Source of the DNA: an uncultured virus (IMG/VR IMGVR_UViG_3300027732_000008)
Lineage: Duplodnaviria; Heunggongvirae; Uroviricota; Caudoviricetes
Length of the DNA: 64,000 bases
Strand: one strand, 5' to 3'
Virus record (IMG/VR): IMGVR_UViG_3300027732_000008
Positions 39,009 to 48,848 of the stretch are shown here, in pieces. The notes under the pieces are model-generated. The model ran no database searches. It had not been told where the DNA came from and worked only from the letters and a program-made list of their open reading frames with translations. Position 1 is the stretch's first letter. Every line of letters starts with the position of its first letter. The translations under genes were made by a program, and so were the position numbers.

Positions 39009-39512
39009 CTATTTATTGTGACCAACACGGTTTAGGATGGCTTTGACAATATCATTACGGTTTCCAATCATGCCAGAGTCTGTTGCATCGAGGATATTGC
39101 TATCGTTGCCCTTTTCTCCGTCCATTCTTGCCTTTCGCAATTGTAACTCAACCATTTTGAGCTTTTTATCCAACTTTGCAGTCTTGGCATCCACTGCTGT
39201 TTTTAACAATTGCGCGGCAACTTCAAAAATCTTGCCCGCATTTCTATCATCTACATTAAAGCCTAAATCCATCAAGCGTTCGCTTTGTTCTTGGGCTTTG
39301 TTTGCAAGCCCATCCAGCTCTCGCTCTGCTGAAGCCATGTCTGTCACAGTAGGCAACGCAATATCTACACGAGTTGCCATGTCAATGGTCGCCAGTGCAG
39401 TATCTATTTCCTCCTGTATTTCCGCAGGAACTTCAGTTGATTGTGTGTCTAGTAAAGCATTGGCTTCATCAATCGGTGCAAAGCCAAACACTTCTTCTAA
39501 TTTTTTAGTCAT
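39009..39512 (-). CDS. putative terminase small subunit (gp16-like)
   Basis: Helical LMDLG...IFEVA.QLLK.A..AK pattern, near terL. Confidence 0.55.
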   Translation of the reverse strand: MTKKLEEVFGFAPIDEANALLDTQSTEVPAEIQEEIDTALATIDMATRVDIALPTVTDMASAERELDGLANKAQEQSERLMDLGFNVDDRNAGKIFEVAAQLLKTAVDAKTAKLDKKLKMVELQLRKARMDGEKGNDSNILDATDSGMIGNRNDIVKAILNRVGHNK

Positions 39513-39525
39513 GAACTACTTATGA

Positions 39526-39975
39526 CTATTTGCGTCTCTTCCGAGTCGGATTTACATTGTTAAAAATGTCTTCTTCTGTTAGAATACGGAATGTGGCACC
39601 CATGCGCTGGCACCATGCTTTGGCGGCTTGCCACTTGCACATGTTGAGAGCAACAGCGGCCTTTTCTTGTTGGCTACGGGCAAGTTCCATCAATGCTTGT
39701 GACTTGGGTTTAATTTCAACCAGTTCAGCATGTCTACCATTGGCATTTTGATATACAACAAAAAAGTCTGGCACATAGAATGTATCTTTTCCCGTGAAAG
39801 GATTGCGATAAGGTATGCGTACATTTTCACTTGCCCACGAAACTACACCTGGATGATTATCGCAGAAGCGCATGAATGTTAGTTCCCAGCCACTGCGATA
39901 TTTAGGAGTGCCTTTGCCCACATATTTTTCAGGGTGTGTTGGAGTAAAGAACCCTTGTGAGTAGTTGTTGGCCAT
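39526..39975 (-). CDS. head completion nuclease (T4 gp4-like)
   Basis: PEKYVG, YRSGWE, WASE, YVPDF, EIKP, F.ILTE. Confidence 0.88.
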   Translation of the reverse strand: MANNYSQGFFTPTHPEKYVGKGTPKYRSGWELTFMRFCDNHPGVVSWASENVRIPYRNPFTGKDTFYVPDFFVVYQNANGRHAELVEIKPKSQALMELARSQQEKAAVALNMCKWQAAKAWCQRMGATFRILTEEDIFNNVNPTRKRRK

Positions 39976-40259
39976 TATAGTTCACGAGCAATTACAGTAC
40001 TCAATTTGGCCGGCTTGTCTTTGTAATATCTGACTGTGTTGGGCAAAGTTAAATTGATATAATCCAATATGCTTTGATCAACATCTATTTTACCTGTGCT
40101 GGTGGCTTTGTCAACAAATTGTTTAAAGTTTAAATCTTTTTCCACACACACATTCCAAAAAACAATCACAATGTTTTCTGCGGCAATCCTGGACAGTCCA
40201 ACTGATAAAATCTTTTGAACTGCTTTGTCAAAGTCCACTTGTGGAATTACTTTTACCAT
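39975..40259 (-). CDS. hypothetical protein
   Basis: 94-aa coupled ORF. Confidence 0.55.
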   Translation of the reverse strand: MVKVIPQVDFDKAVQKILSVGLSRIAAENIVIVFWNVCVEKDLNFKQFVDKATSTGKIDVDQSILDYINLTLPNTVRYYKDKPAKLSTVIAREL

Positions 40260-41698
40260 ACTGTTGAATTACCCTTTAATGGATTGTTTGCTTGATAGCT
40301 TTGTTGACGGGCGGCCTGTTGACTTGATAGTGCATTGCTCTTGGTGTCGTTGGCGTTGACAGGTGCATATCCGTTGACAACAGCTGGACCAATTGCTTCT
40401 TTTTGTTGGTTTAGCGCAGTATTATAGATTACTTCTCTATCAACCACTCTGACCTTAGGTGCATATCTTTGTGTTGATGTGTTGGCTTCCAGTTGAGCTT
40501 GCTTGACTGCTATTTGTAAATCCTTTGGAGAATCGCTGGCAGGATTAAAATTGTTCTTAAATGCTGTTTGCCATTCCGTAGTACTTGACTTGAAGTCGGG
40601 CATGTTTTCTAGCCTAGACAAAAAGTCCGTCTGCTTGCTGGCCTCATCACGAGTTGGAAAAGTGCCACTGGTTGCTGGCGAAACTGTACCAGTGCTTGCA
40701 TCATACAAGATTGGCTGTGCTGTATTATTATCCAATGGAATTGTAACTGTGTCTACAAATTGTGGTGTAGTTGAACTGGATGCGCTAAAGAGTCTGGCCG
40801 CAAAAGGTTCTGGTGCTGGTGCTGGTGGTCTAGGGTTCGGCGGCAAAGCCTGTGTGAGACGACTTCTTAAACTTCCTGGTCTGACTGGATTTATATTTGG
40901 ATTGTATCCAACATCACCAGGTAGCTTGTTTAAGCCAGCTCTTCCTCTCGGAATTCCAAATGCCGCTGAAGTTGGATCACCGTCATTGGCAGAACCGCCA
41001 CCATTTTGTACCCAACCGTTGACTGGTTTGTCTGGTTTAACAACAGTTGGGTCAATTGGCTTGGTCAGCACAGGTGGTGGAGTGGGCTTTGCAACAGCAA
41101 CACCAGTAGTGACATCTTGGGCTTGGCCGTCACAGAACTCTGATTCCATATTTTCATATCTGATTGTCACAGTCCATAACACTACATCGCTGGTTGCATA
41201 ATCCAAGGTATCGTGCTGTGCATCTGTAATGAATGCGTTCTTCAATGTGTATATTTTATCGACGTCGTTGCCGCCACCGCTGTCTGCCAGGCTCATGCCG
41301 ATCCCGCCACCGCCTAAAGTCCTTTGCGTAATTTTTACTTCAATTGGTTCAAAGTTTGCTTTTTTACTGCCGTCTGTACAATCAAACTGTCCATGCACAA
41401 ATTTCCAAATCACTGAATCTGCAACCTTGTTGCATTGATCATAGAAGCTAATGGTAATTGGTTCGTAGTTGAATTTTGTTTGTACAATTGTTTTATGGTT
41501 ATAAACATTAATAATTTGTGTGTCAGTTGACCAGCGTGGCAACTCACAAGTTTTAGCAACCAACGGAGGACTTGAACCAATACCTTCACCACTGAGAACA
41601 ACATCCCATGCAAATTTTAGGTAAGGAAATCCACCTTCAAGAGGAAGTCCATTTTCCTGCCGGCCAATGAGTTGTGTTGCTAAATTTGAATATGCCAT
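40253..41698 (-). CDS. tail tube-like/tube initiator protein with Pro-rich C-terminal extension
   Basis: ELPR...YN....Q....YEPITISFYD...LDY...V.IRYE tube fold in the first ~185 aa. Confidence 0.7.
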   Translation of the reverse strand: MAYSNLATQLIGRQENGLPLEGGFPYLKFAWDVVLSGEGIGSSPPLVAKTCELPRWSTDTQIINVYNHKTIVQTKFNYEPITISFYDQCNKVADSVIWKFVHGQFDCTDGSKKANFEPIEVKITQRTLGGGGIGMSLADSGGGNDVDKIYTLKNAFITDAQHDTLDYATSDVVLWTVTIRYENMESEFCDGQAQDVTTGVAVAKPTPPPVLTKPIDPTVVKPDKPVNGWVQNGGGSANDGDPTSAAFGIPRGRAGLNKLPGDVGYNPNINPVRPGSLRSRLTQALPPNPRPPAPAPEPFAARLFSASSSTTPQFVDTVTIPLDNNTAQPILYDASTGTVSPATSGTFPTRDEASKQTDFLSRLENMPDFKSSTTEWQTAFKNNFNPASDSPKDLQIAVKQAQLEANTSTQRYAPKVRVVDREVIYNTALNQQKEAIGPAVVNGYAPVNANDTKSNALSSQQAARQQSYQANNPLKGNSTVW

Positions 41699-41709
41699 TT
41701 GTTATAATG

Positions 41710-41735
41710 AAAAAGGGCGATTTCTCGCCCTTTTT
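41710..41735 (-). terminator. intrinsic terminator-like hairpin
   Basis: AAAAAGGGCGA-tttc-TCGCCCTTTTT. Confidence 0.7.
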
Positions 41736-41801
41736 ATTTCTCCTAATAAGAGCAAGCATTTCTGCTTACACTTACTTATCACTTGATATTAAAGCTAGTT
41801 A

Positions 41802-42416
41802 TTAACCGCCGGAATCACCACCTGTTGATGGTCCTAATACGTCAGAAGGCGCATCGCCTTCTAACACTGGTTCATCTATCACAATGTGGTTAGCATTATC
41901 GTACTTGATAGCTATGGTAATATTCAATGGATCACTACTCGAATAGTTGTTCTCACCGTAGTTGACGTTTTGAATATATGCGCCAACCAAGTGCCATCCA
42001 TCTAAAACAACTTCAGAGCCACCTGAGCCACCATCTAAGTTTTCAATACGCAAACCAAACTTGTAGCCTTCACCAGATGCCGCTGAACTTTGTTCAGCAT
42101 GGTTAAGTTGTCTTTCAAGTTGTGCGGCAATTGCTTTTGCAACTAGACCAGTTACATCGTCTTTTACAGTGATTGTAATTGGATCCCAAGTGTGTTTACC
42201 TGCCAAGAAAATTCTCGAATTGTAAACATCAACTGTGATATCGTCGTGCGTTACGCTTGGACGAGTTACACTAACAACCTGACTTGTTAGTTCAAGGGTT
42301 TCAGCACCATTGCCAAAGTTGTTTAAGACTACACGAAAACGATAACCTAACTTTGGTTGAACAAGAGCACCTGTGCTACCACCTGGTACATTAAATTTGT
42401 CTAATTGGACCGCCAT
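41802..42416 (-). CDS. tail tube protein (gp19-like)
   Basis: PK..YRFRV, RPSV, YNS..LAGK.TW.PITIT..DD, I.YDNA. Confidence 0.85.
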   Translation of the reverse strand: MAVQLDKFNVPGGSTGALVQPKLGYRFRVVLNNFGNGAETLELTSQVVSVTRPSVTHDDITVDVYNSRIFLAGKHTWDPITITVKDDVTGLVAKAIAAQLERQLNHAEQSSAASGEGYKFGLRIENLDGGSGGSEVVLDGWHLVGAYIQNVNYGENNYSSSDPLNITIAIKYDNANHIVIDEPVLEGDAPSDVLGPSTGGDSGG

Positions 42417-42433
42417 TTTATTTCTCCTTGTCC

Positions 42434-44815
42434 TTATTTAGTGCCGCCGGCAATCGCGCCAGTGTTTACTACCCTAACAGGAATGTAGATGAATTCTGCG
42501 GCTTTGACTGGCTCAATTGCCACATCAATGTACAGTTCGTTTCTATCAATTCTAGCTGGTGTATTATTTGTTGAATCACAAACTACCAAGAAGTCATATA
42601 CAGCTCTTTTGCTATACAAATCTGCTAAGAAGCCATTGAATACAGAAATAATACGATCGCGGGTCTTTTGATCGTTTGGTTCAAATATGAACGGACGAGC
42701 AATAATATCAAACTGTTTACGCAAGTAAGCTAATAAACGGCCTACATTGACACGATCCAATGCTGTGTCTGCTGGGTACAATGTTTTCTGTCCCCAGATG
42801 TACAAACCCTGGCCTGGGAAGTTGACCAATGGGTTAATCTTGTCAAGATACAATGTATCTCGCTGACCTTGATTCAATGCTATTGGCATGAATTCGTTTT
42901 CAGCAGTTACCAAACCTAAGTTACTGATACCACTTAACGCACCGCGAGTTAAACCAGCTGGAGCAAACCAAGGATAAGCAACTTGGTCGTTGTAGGCAAT
43001 ACCACGCAATACTGCATGACTTGCTGGAACTGCAACATCATTACCATCCAAGTCTGTTGACAAAGCACTTGGATAATAAATTGCGGCACCACCACTTCGA
43101 GTTGTTAGACCATCAGCACCGTTACTGCCTGCTTCTGTGCCCAATGCCCAAGTATGTACATCACTCATTCTACTTGATAACTTCATCGGAGTGTCAGCAA
43201 TAATAAATGCTGTTTCCTTACGATCAAAGTTCAATGTGATCATTTCGTCTAGACATTCAACATATCCTGGAGTTGCAATAATATTGAAATCTAATGTTTC
43301 TGCACGAAGAGCTGGATTGTCTGTCAATGCTTCTTGTAAACGCTTGACAACTACACGGCGTTGTGCTTTGTCAAACATGTAAGGAGCACCGGCTTTGGCA
43401 CCTGCATCAATATTGCCAGACTCTGTGGTCCAACGACTGTTGTCTCCGTCTTCTACCCATTTCTTAACATTGCCAGAACTCATTGCGCTGTTCCATAATA
43501 GCATATCGTCTGGGTAGTAAGCTGGGTTTGGTGCTGTGTCTAATGCTGTTGCACCATTTTCTGTTCCTGTGGTGTCACCTAATGTTGTTGTTAAATCAGC
43601 AAACAAGCAACCTTCTTCTGTGGTCTGGTCTGCATTGTCACGAGCGACCCATGCACTACCATCATATACTTTTAGTAATGGATAGTTGGCCATGTCATTT
43701 GTGTCAACCCATACATCACCAAAGCTTGGGTTTGCTGGTTCTTCAGTGTTGACATCAACTTGGCTGACTGCTTTCCAAATTGGAGTGCCGTTAACTGTAT
43801 CTTTTACATAGATGTCCACTGTGTCGCCGGCATCGTACCATAACTTACCATCTGGAGTTGCACCTGCTGGTTTGTCATCACCTGCTGATGGATCAATTAC
43901 AACCCAAGCATCACCATTGTAACGCCTGATTTGAAATTTTGCTTCGTTGGTATCTGGAAATTCAATGTAAAGATCATTTACATTTAGTGCATCTCCAAAT
44001 TCTGTAGTTGCAACTGTATTGTTTGCGTAACCAATTCGCATGTCAGTTTTGTTTGGACCAATTACTTGTTTTGTCCATGTCTCTGTGCTTGCATTGTATT
44101 TCTTAATGACTGGAGCAAAGCCTGCATTTGGACTTGTTACTTTAAACCAAACATTTCCAGCAGTTGGAGTCGGACGGTTATAGTGAGCACTAATTGTAAC
44201 AGTGGCAGAAATTGCACCTGAACTTAAAACAACCCAGGCACCAGCTAATTTTTTATAGAACTGTCGCATTGTGGTGCTGGCATCTACTGCATAGTCTCCG
44301 TTAGCACCAACGCCATTGCCTGGCGCACCAACAGTGACTCTAACTTTTTTCTTGATCCATTTAGTGCCATCGCCTTCAAAGATACCCCAAGATGTAAACA
44401 ATGTATCCAACCAGTATTGACCGTTGGTTGGAGGTCCAACTGGTGCAGATGCTGATGGCTCTAATTCTTCCATCTTTAAATCTGCTCGTACTAGGATAGC
44501 ACGGTTGGCAATGCCTAGATAATAGTAAGCGGCCAACAAGCCGTATTCGTTTAATTCGTGTCCGTGTACTGGTGTGCCGTCGACGATGGTGAAATTTGGT
44601 TCACCATATAATTGTACTAATTCTCGTTGGCTTGTGAGCATTAGTGGTTTAAGGGCAAAGGGTGCTGTAGTGTAAGTTGCGCTTGTTCCGTCTGGTGCTT
44701 TCTTGTTAGAAGCACTTGCTAAAACAATAACAGGTACAGTTCCAGTGCCTGCAGATGCGTATGCACTTTCATCAATGATCGATACACTTACGCCTGGGGA
44801 AACTAGCTGAGCCAT
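42434..44815 (-). CDS. tail sheath protein (gp18-like)
   Basis: SPGVSV, PWFAPAG.RG, INP, WGQKT, LDRVNV.RL, FEPND, EPVKAAEFI. Confidence 0.95.
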   Translation of the reverse strand: MAQLVSPGVSVSIIDESAYASAGTGTVPVIVLASASNKKAPDGTSATYTTAPFALKPLMLTSQRELVQLYGEPNFTIVDGTPVHGHELNEYGLLAAYYYLGIANRAILVRADLKMEELEPSASAPVGPPTNGQYWLDTLFTSWGIFEGDGTKWIKKKVRVTVGAPGNGVGANGDYAVDASTTMRQFYKKLAGAWVVLSSGAISATVTISAHYNRPTPTAGNVWFKVTSPNAGFAPVIKKYNASTETWTKQVIGPNKTDMRIGYANNTVATTEFGDALNVNDLYIEFPDTNEAKFQIRRYNGDAWVVIDPSAGDDKPAGATPDGKLWYDAGDTVDIYVKDTVNGTPIWKAVSQVDVNTEEPANPSFGDVWVDTNDMANYPLLKVYDGSAWVARDNADQTTEEGCLFADLTTTLGDTTGTENGATALDTAPNPAYYPDDMLLWNSAMSSGNVKKWVEDGDNSRWTTESGNIDAGAKAGAPYMFDKAQRRVVVKRLQEALTDNPALRAETLDFNIIATPGYVECLDEMITLNFDRKETAFIIADTPMKLSSRMSDVHTWALGTEAGSNGADGLTTRSGGAAIYYPSALSTDLDGNDVAVPASHAVLRGIAYNDQVAYPWFAPAGLTRGALSGISNLGLVTAENEFMPIALNQGQRDTLYLDKINPLVNFPGQGLYIWGQKTLYPADTALDRVNVGRLLAYLRKQFDIIARPFIFEPNDQKTRDRIISVFNGFLADLYSKRAVYDFLVVCDSTNNTPARIDRNELYIDVAIEPVKAAEFIYIPVRVVNTGAIAGGTK

Positions 44816-44919
44816 TTTAATATCTCCGTAATCTTAAGGGATTCTCATTACCCTTCATGAAGATATTTAGCTATAAAACGAAAAATGACGATATTTAGCG
44901 GTACAACTGATTTTATAAT

Positions 44920-45540
44920 TTACTGGACAACCATTTCTAGCTGTTTATATAGATTATCCACAGTACTATTGTTGTCAATTATTGCATCAAACTTGGTACC
45001 AACCCACGCCCATTCGCTGGCATGTACATCCGAGTAGGCAGTGGCCATGTGGTTGAAAGTACCAGCATTTGTACTTATGGCAATATCGTACCATTCTGGA
45101 TCTTCTCCTCGCACTACCCTGATCACTTGTCCGCCAGCATTTCTAATTGCTTTGATTTCATTGGGAAACCTACAGTCGGAAATTACAATGTTATCTGTGG
45201 TGTTTCGCAGGCGGGCTTCTAAACTTGCAATCCAAATGTCGTCATGAAAGCTTTTTCGGCAAACTTCAGTTCCCCACCACTGTAAGACCCAACGAGGAGT
45301 CAAGTTAGGCATGTCAAGTCTGGTACTCCACCAAGGATCAACTTGTTCTCGCCATTCGCGGGCTTGTTTGGTGCGGCCTTCCAGCATTTCTCTATCCCAG
45401 CCAAACACAGCGGCCACTGCATCTTTAAGGGTTGAGGCAAACGAATCTCTGCGAAATTCGTGAAAGTTAACCAGATAGTCTGCGGCTGTGTCTTTGCCAG
45501 AACCTATAAAGCCACATACGCCAATAATTTTTGTAGTCAT
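44920..45540 (-). CDS. deoxynucleoside monophosphate kinase (T4 gp1-like)
   Basis: G.IGSGKDT, SFA..LK, TPR.VLQ..GTE, ISDCRFPNE, HASE; start ATG 45540. Confidence 0.9.
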   Translation of the reverse strand: MTTKIIGVCGFIGSGKDTAADYLVNFHEFRRDSFASTLKDAVAAVFGWDREMLEGRTKQAREWREQVDPWWSTRLDMPNLTPRWVLQWWGTEVCRKSFHDDIWIASLEARLRNTTDNIVISDCRFPNEIKAIRNAGGQVIRVVRGEDPEWYDIAISTNAGTFNHMATAYSDVHASEWAWVGTKFDAIIDNNSTVDNLYKQLEMVVQ

Positions 45541-45545
45541 AGCTA

Positions 45546-45574
45546 AGTGTAGCACAACTATGACACTAGGTCAA
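45546..45574 (-). promoter_or_regulatory. sigma70-type promoter for dNMP kinase
   Basis: TTGACC-17-TACACT. Confidence 0.7.
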
Positions 45575-45581
45575 CTATTTT

Positions 45582-46337
45582 TTAGCCAATTATGAAGCCT
45601 AGTGGAGTTCCGCCATCTGAATACTTTGACAAGTCATCTTCTAGCTTTTCTATTTCAGCTGACGCTTGTGTGATCAGATCATTGCCGTTCAACTGTACTC
45701 CGCCTTGCGGGCCAGCTAAACTTGCAAACTTGCTACGGGCTTGCCCTAATATCATTTTTGCATTGGCCAAACTGTAATTTCTAAGCCATTGCCTGCAATG
45801 CGTGTCGGCCAATAGAGATTCGTCTGGACGATAATTGAAGGTATGTAAAATAACTGGTTCATCGCCTTTGATATTTCTGTGTAATGTCAAACGCTTTGTT
45901 TCAGAACTCCAAGTAAACATCAAATTGGCGCCAAAAAAGTATCCAAGCATCTTGCGTTGACCCATGTACAACTCAAAAGTTGCAAGTCCTGCTCCTCTTG
46001 TGGCATTTAGCATGTACATGTTAAGATAGCCAGCTTCAAACGGTTCAAACGATGCGGCAGTGGTACCAATTCCGCCACCACTGGATCTGTAAACATTGGT
46101 AACTTCATTGATTTCATTTGGCAAATAATATGTGCTTTCAGCAGTTTGTAGATTTAAAATCATAAAGCTTTCTTCTACTGCACGACTGCTTCGCTGGCGG
46201 TAGTAATCAATGGATTTATCAATTACAAGGTCGTAATGTTCTTTGTCTAGTTCAATATCAACCATTCCACCGCCGAGACTAAGCTCAATGAATCGTTGTA
46301 CTTTTGATCGTTCGGATGTTTTTGTGTCGTCTGCCAT
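45582..46337 (-). CDS. neck protein (gp13-like)
   Basis: LGG..VDIEL, WLRNY..A..K..LG..RSKF..L.GP.GGVQLNG. Confidence 0.85.
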   Translation of the reverse strand: MADDTKTSERSKVQRFIELSLGGGMVDIELDKEHYDLVIDKSIDYYRQRSSRAVEESFMILNLQTAESTYYLPNEINEVTNVYRSSGGGIGTTAASFEPFEAGYLNMYMLNATRGAGLATFELYMGQRKMLGYFFGANLMFTWSSETKRLTLHRNIKGDEPVILHTFNYRPDESLLADTHCRQWLRNYSLANAKMILGQARSKFASLAGPQGGVQLNGNDLITQASAEIEKLEDDLSKYSDGGTPLGFIIG

Positions 46338-46379
46338 ATAGTGTCTCCGAGACTATTTACCGGAGACGCTCTACAAAAC

Positions 46380-47633
46380 CTACTTGATTGCTCGGAGCAA
46401 GATTGTTTCTGGACTAATGCGTCCTTTTAACCTGGTTTCCACTGACCTAATGGTATCCATAAACTTACGCAATCCGGGCTTGCCTTGTGTCTTAAACTCT
46501 GCCAGCTTTTCTGCGGGTTTACGCAAGGTCTTGCAGGTGCTCTTGATCTCATCAAAGCCAATGATAGCAGAGCCCTTGACGCCCAACTGTCCCACTACCA
46601 TGTCGCCATGCATGGCTACAACAAAGCGACCCAGCTTACGAGTCTTGGTATTGTAAGTCCACAGCTCACTCATTTCTAGAATCTCAGTTGGATTGATACT
46701 CTTAAGACCAAGCTCAGCAAACTCTCTAAGATACTTTAGACCTTTAACTTGGCGCTCGGGTGGCACTGGCTTGCGCTTGGGTTTGGCACGGGTGGCTATT
46801 TTACTAGTCTTGTATGCACTGGCATCATTGATGATTGCCTCGTAGAACTTGATTAATGCTTTGACGTCACGCTTGTTCAGGTGTTTGTAACCTTCCATGA
46901 GCTGGCTGTCTCTTCCTTCTAGCAATTCATTTAGTTCGTTAATTTTAGGTTGGATGAATTCGGCCACTTTGGCAATGTACTGCACAGAAATATTTTGCCC
47001 TTGTAAGAATTTGTAAGCAGAAAATTCTTTGCCTTCGGTCATAAACTCGTCAATTGCTCCTTCAATCTCGCCCATTGCTTCGCTGAACTTTTCAGCAAGC
47101 CTGTCTTGGATTGTTTCTTTTTTGACCACTGGTACTGCTGGATCAACTACCACAGTTTTCTCAGATGCAAGACGAGTTTCCAAGTTTCCAATCAACTGAT
47201 GAATGTGACGCTCCTCATCATTTTGCAGTTCAAATCCTGCCAGAACCATACGGCACACCCAACCAACTGTTAAAGTATACTGGCTGTCATTGACTGCTTT
47301 GAACTTGGCAGGATAATGTGCCAATTCTTCTTTGGTGGCACAGTATGCTTCAAAGAATGCCCTGGCATCTTTATGGTCACAAGAGTAGTTGTACCAGTTA
47401 AACGCACGGCTCATTTGAATTCTGCGTTGTACTTCATCCCATGTGGCTTGTTCGGTCCATTCTGGTTCGTGCCCCATGCGATGGATGTCGGTAACTTGGA
47501 TAGCTTTTAGCTTGGGCTTGCCACTGGCATCAAATTTTACTGTACCAGAGTCTTTGGCAGTACGGGTACTTCGGCCCAGTGTTTTTTTCTTTTTAGGGGG
47601 TTTTGCGACTGTGCGTTTAGTTGCTGTGGCCAT
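46380..47633 (-). CDS. hypothetical early protein with Lys-rich N-terminus
   Basis: 417 aa; LWTYNTKTRKL, KTLRKP, GRI..ETILL; GGAG SD. Confidence 0.7.
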   Translation of the reverse strand: MATATKRTVAKPPKKKKTLGRSTRTAKDSGTVKFDASGKPKLKAIQVTDIHRMGHEPEWTEQATWDEVQRRIQMSRAFNWYNYSCDHKDARAFFEAYCATKEELAHYPAKFKAVNDSQYTLTVGWVCRMVLAGFELQNDEERHIHQLIGNLETRLASEKTVVVDPAVPVVKKETIQDRLAEKFSEAMGEIEGAIDEFMTEGKEFSAYKFLQGQNISVQYIAKVAEFIQPKINELNELLEGRDSQLMEGYKHLNKRDVKALIKFYEAIINDASAYKTSKIATRAKPKRKPVPPERQVKGLKYLREFAELGLKSINPTEILEMSELWTYNTKTRKLGRFVVAMHGDMVVGQLGVKGSAIIGFDEIKSTCKTLRKPAEKLAEFKTQGKPGLRKFMDTIRSVETRLKGRISPETILLRAIK

Positions 47634-47665
47634 GTTTTACTCCAAGTTAGTAGCGTATAGATGCT

Positions 47666-47694
47666 ATTATAACTTATCTTTGCAAACCTGTCAA
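47666..47694 (-). promoter_or_regulatory. consensus sigma70 early promoter
   Basis: TTGACA-17-TATAAT; divergent late TAAATA at 47710-47715 (+). Confidence 0.9.
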
Positions 47695-47753
47695 GCGACA
47701 TCTAAGCGGTAAATAGCATGATGAAATAGGTCCATAATGGGCCTGAGGAAATT

Positions 47754-48848
47754 ATGCCTAGAATCTCACTTTGGAAAAACGCTAAAACGCAAGACTATTA
47801 CTATCAGGACCGTGTGATCCGTGACATGGTAGATGCCAGCGGTACCAGCATGTTGGTCCACAAATATTTAGGTCCAGCGGCAGTGGAGGATGGATCAGAT
47901 CCGGCCAAGCCAAATTTAGCGGCCCAGACCGAAATTAACGAAATGGACATACAAGACATCTTGTTCATGGAAAACCGCGATCGTGTGTATGACACCACCA
48001 TCTATGAATTGCGTGGTACCTATAATGTCAACGACCAAGACTTTGACTTGAGCCAATTTGGACTGTTCCTAAACGCTGATACCTTGTTTATCACATTCCA
48101 TACCAATGAGATGGTCAAACATCTGGGTCGAAAATTAATGGCAGGTGATGTCATTGAGTTGCCGCACTTGAATGACGATTTACTGTTGGATGCCAACGCA
48201 AAAAGTATTAACAAATTTTATGTAGTACAGGATGCATCAAAAGCCGCAGAAGGTTTTGGTCCAACTTGGTGGTCACATCTCTGGCGCATCAAAGTGGCAC
48301 CAATGAATGATGCACAAGAATATCGTAGCATCTTAGGCAATCCAGAAGATGAAGACAGCTTGAAAAATGCATTGAGCACATATCAGAAAGAAATTCAAAT
48401 TAGCAATGCCATTGTAGAATCAGCAAAAGTGCTAACTCCAACCACTGGTTATCTTAATACTCCACTTGGTAACATTACAAATGTCCCAGTAATAAATGTA
48501 ATGAGCGGGCAGAGCACAAGTATTATTCATGTTGCTACCCCTGAAAATTCCAGTGATCGTACAGGCGTTGACAGTGGCTTATCTTTTCCAGATGCACCAA
48601 ACCAAGGCATGTTGTTTCAAAGAGCAGACTTTACTCCAACAAGATTATTTGTATATCGTGGAAATAAATGGCATAGGGTTATGGACAACTTGAACGAAAT
48701 GCAATGGACCAACAATACTGTCAATGCTGGCTATTTTATAAACAATACAAATACCACCACTACACAAGGCGCAGGCGGTACTGTTAATACTGTTCCTGAG
48801 CGACAGGCACTGAGCAAGGTGTTTACTAAACCAAAGGCAGATAATTAA
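47754..48848 (+). CDS. neck/head-closure protein (gp14-like)
   Basis: F.ENRDR.YD, DLSQFG, GDVIELPH; adjacent to gp13- and gp15-like genes. Confidence 0.7.
   Translation: MPRISLWKNAKTQDYYYQDRVIRDMVDASGTSMLVHKYLGPAAVEDGSDPAKPNLAAQTEINEMDIQDILFMENRDRVYDTTIYELRGTYNVNDQDFDLSQFGLFLNADTLFITFHTNEMVKHLGRKLMAGDVIELPHLNDDLLLDANAKSINKFYVVQDASKAAEGFGPTWWSHLWRIKVAPMNDAQEYRSILGNPEDEDSLKNALSTYQKEIQISNAIVESAKVLTPTTGYLNTPLGNITNVPVINVMSGQSTSIIHVATPENSSDRTGVDSGLSFPDAPNQGMLFQRADFTPTRLFVYRGNKWHRVMDNLNEMQWTNNTVNAGYFINNTNTTTTQGAGGTVNTVPERQALSKVFTKPKADN

Noticed and set aside
39526..39975. TnsA transposase/mobile element
   Set aside because: Same nuclease fold, but sequence and context match the T4 gp4 head-completion protein; no transposon ends seen.
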